This document shows positions 32,847 through 32,910 of a stretch of DNA of 32,910 bases, one piece after another. The position numbers and the translations under genes are program-made. The DNA lies in IMG/VR virus record IMGVR_UViG_3300028906_000009, positions 1 through 32,910 of that record. One strand, written 5' to 3'. This DNA comes from a virus. Lineage: Duplodnaviria; Caudoviricetes. The stretch's first letter is position 1. Each line of letters opens with the position of its first letter. The notes below the pieces were generated by a model, which was not told the DNA's origin, did not search any database, and worked only from the letters and a program-made list of their open reading frames with translations.

Positions 32847-32910
32847 TTGCAGGACAGGTCTCGGAAAGGCTTAAATAAGCGTCGGCTGCCGCCAGACGTT
32901 TAAACGCGCA

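Larger units (their letters stand above)
1..32910. mobile_element. Tailed bacteriophage or prophage genome segment, podovirus-like
   Basis: TerL, portal, scaffold, MCP, adaptor, nozzle, GNAT and ejection genes occur in a co-oriented operon. No tape measure or sheath gene and no host housekeeping genes are visible. Confidence 0.95.

Noticed and set aside
1-32910. CRISPR array, tRNA, integrase/att site, diversity-generating retroelement
   Set aside because: No regularly spaced repeats, cloverleaf, recombinase or reverse-transcriptase motifs seen by eye; lifestyle cannot be determined from this window.

Overview
The whole window is a GC-rich tailed-phage (podovirus-like) genome segment. The host is probably an alphaproteobacterium, judging from a PEPxxWA-type sorting signal, a DUF3309-like protein and an RNAP alpha-CTD motif PNFGRKSL. 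Positions 1-6.9 kb hold early/accessory genes: an RNAP alpha-CTD-like protein, an HPD/J-like protein, an adenine MTase, a GH19 endolysin, an HNH-HTH fusion, and ERF + YqaJ recombination genes. Positions 6.9-31.4 kb are one long minus-strand virion operon: tail fibre, TerL, portal, scaffold, major capsid, adaptor, nozzle, RuvC-like resolvase, GNAT, ejection proteins (one with a CHAP domain), HNH and a holin candidate. Positions 31.5-32.8 kb hold small minus-strand genes including a MarR-like regulator. The standout signal is absent from the ORF track: six tiny, tightly tiled, arginine-rich protamine-like peptides (13-56 aa) at 16956-17598 inside the virion operon. Other highlights are a PEP-CTERM surface protein inside the head module, an Acb2/Tad1-like sponge candidate behind TerL, AT-rich synonymous patches in core genes, and two structured intergenic regions. 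No integrase, replication genes, tRNA or CRISPR array was seen. All family assignments come from motif recognition by eye, not database searches.
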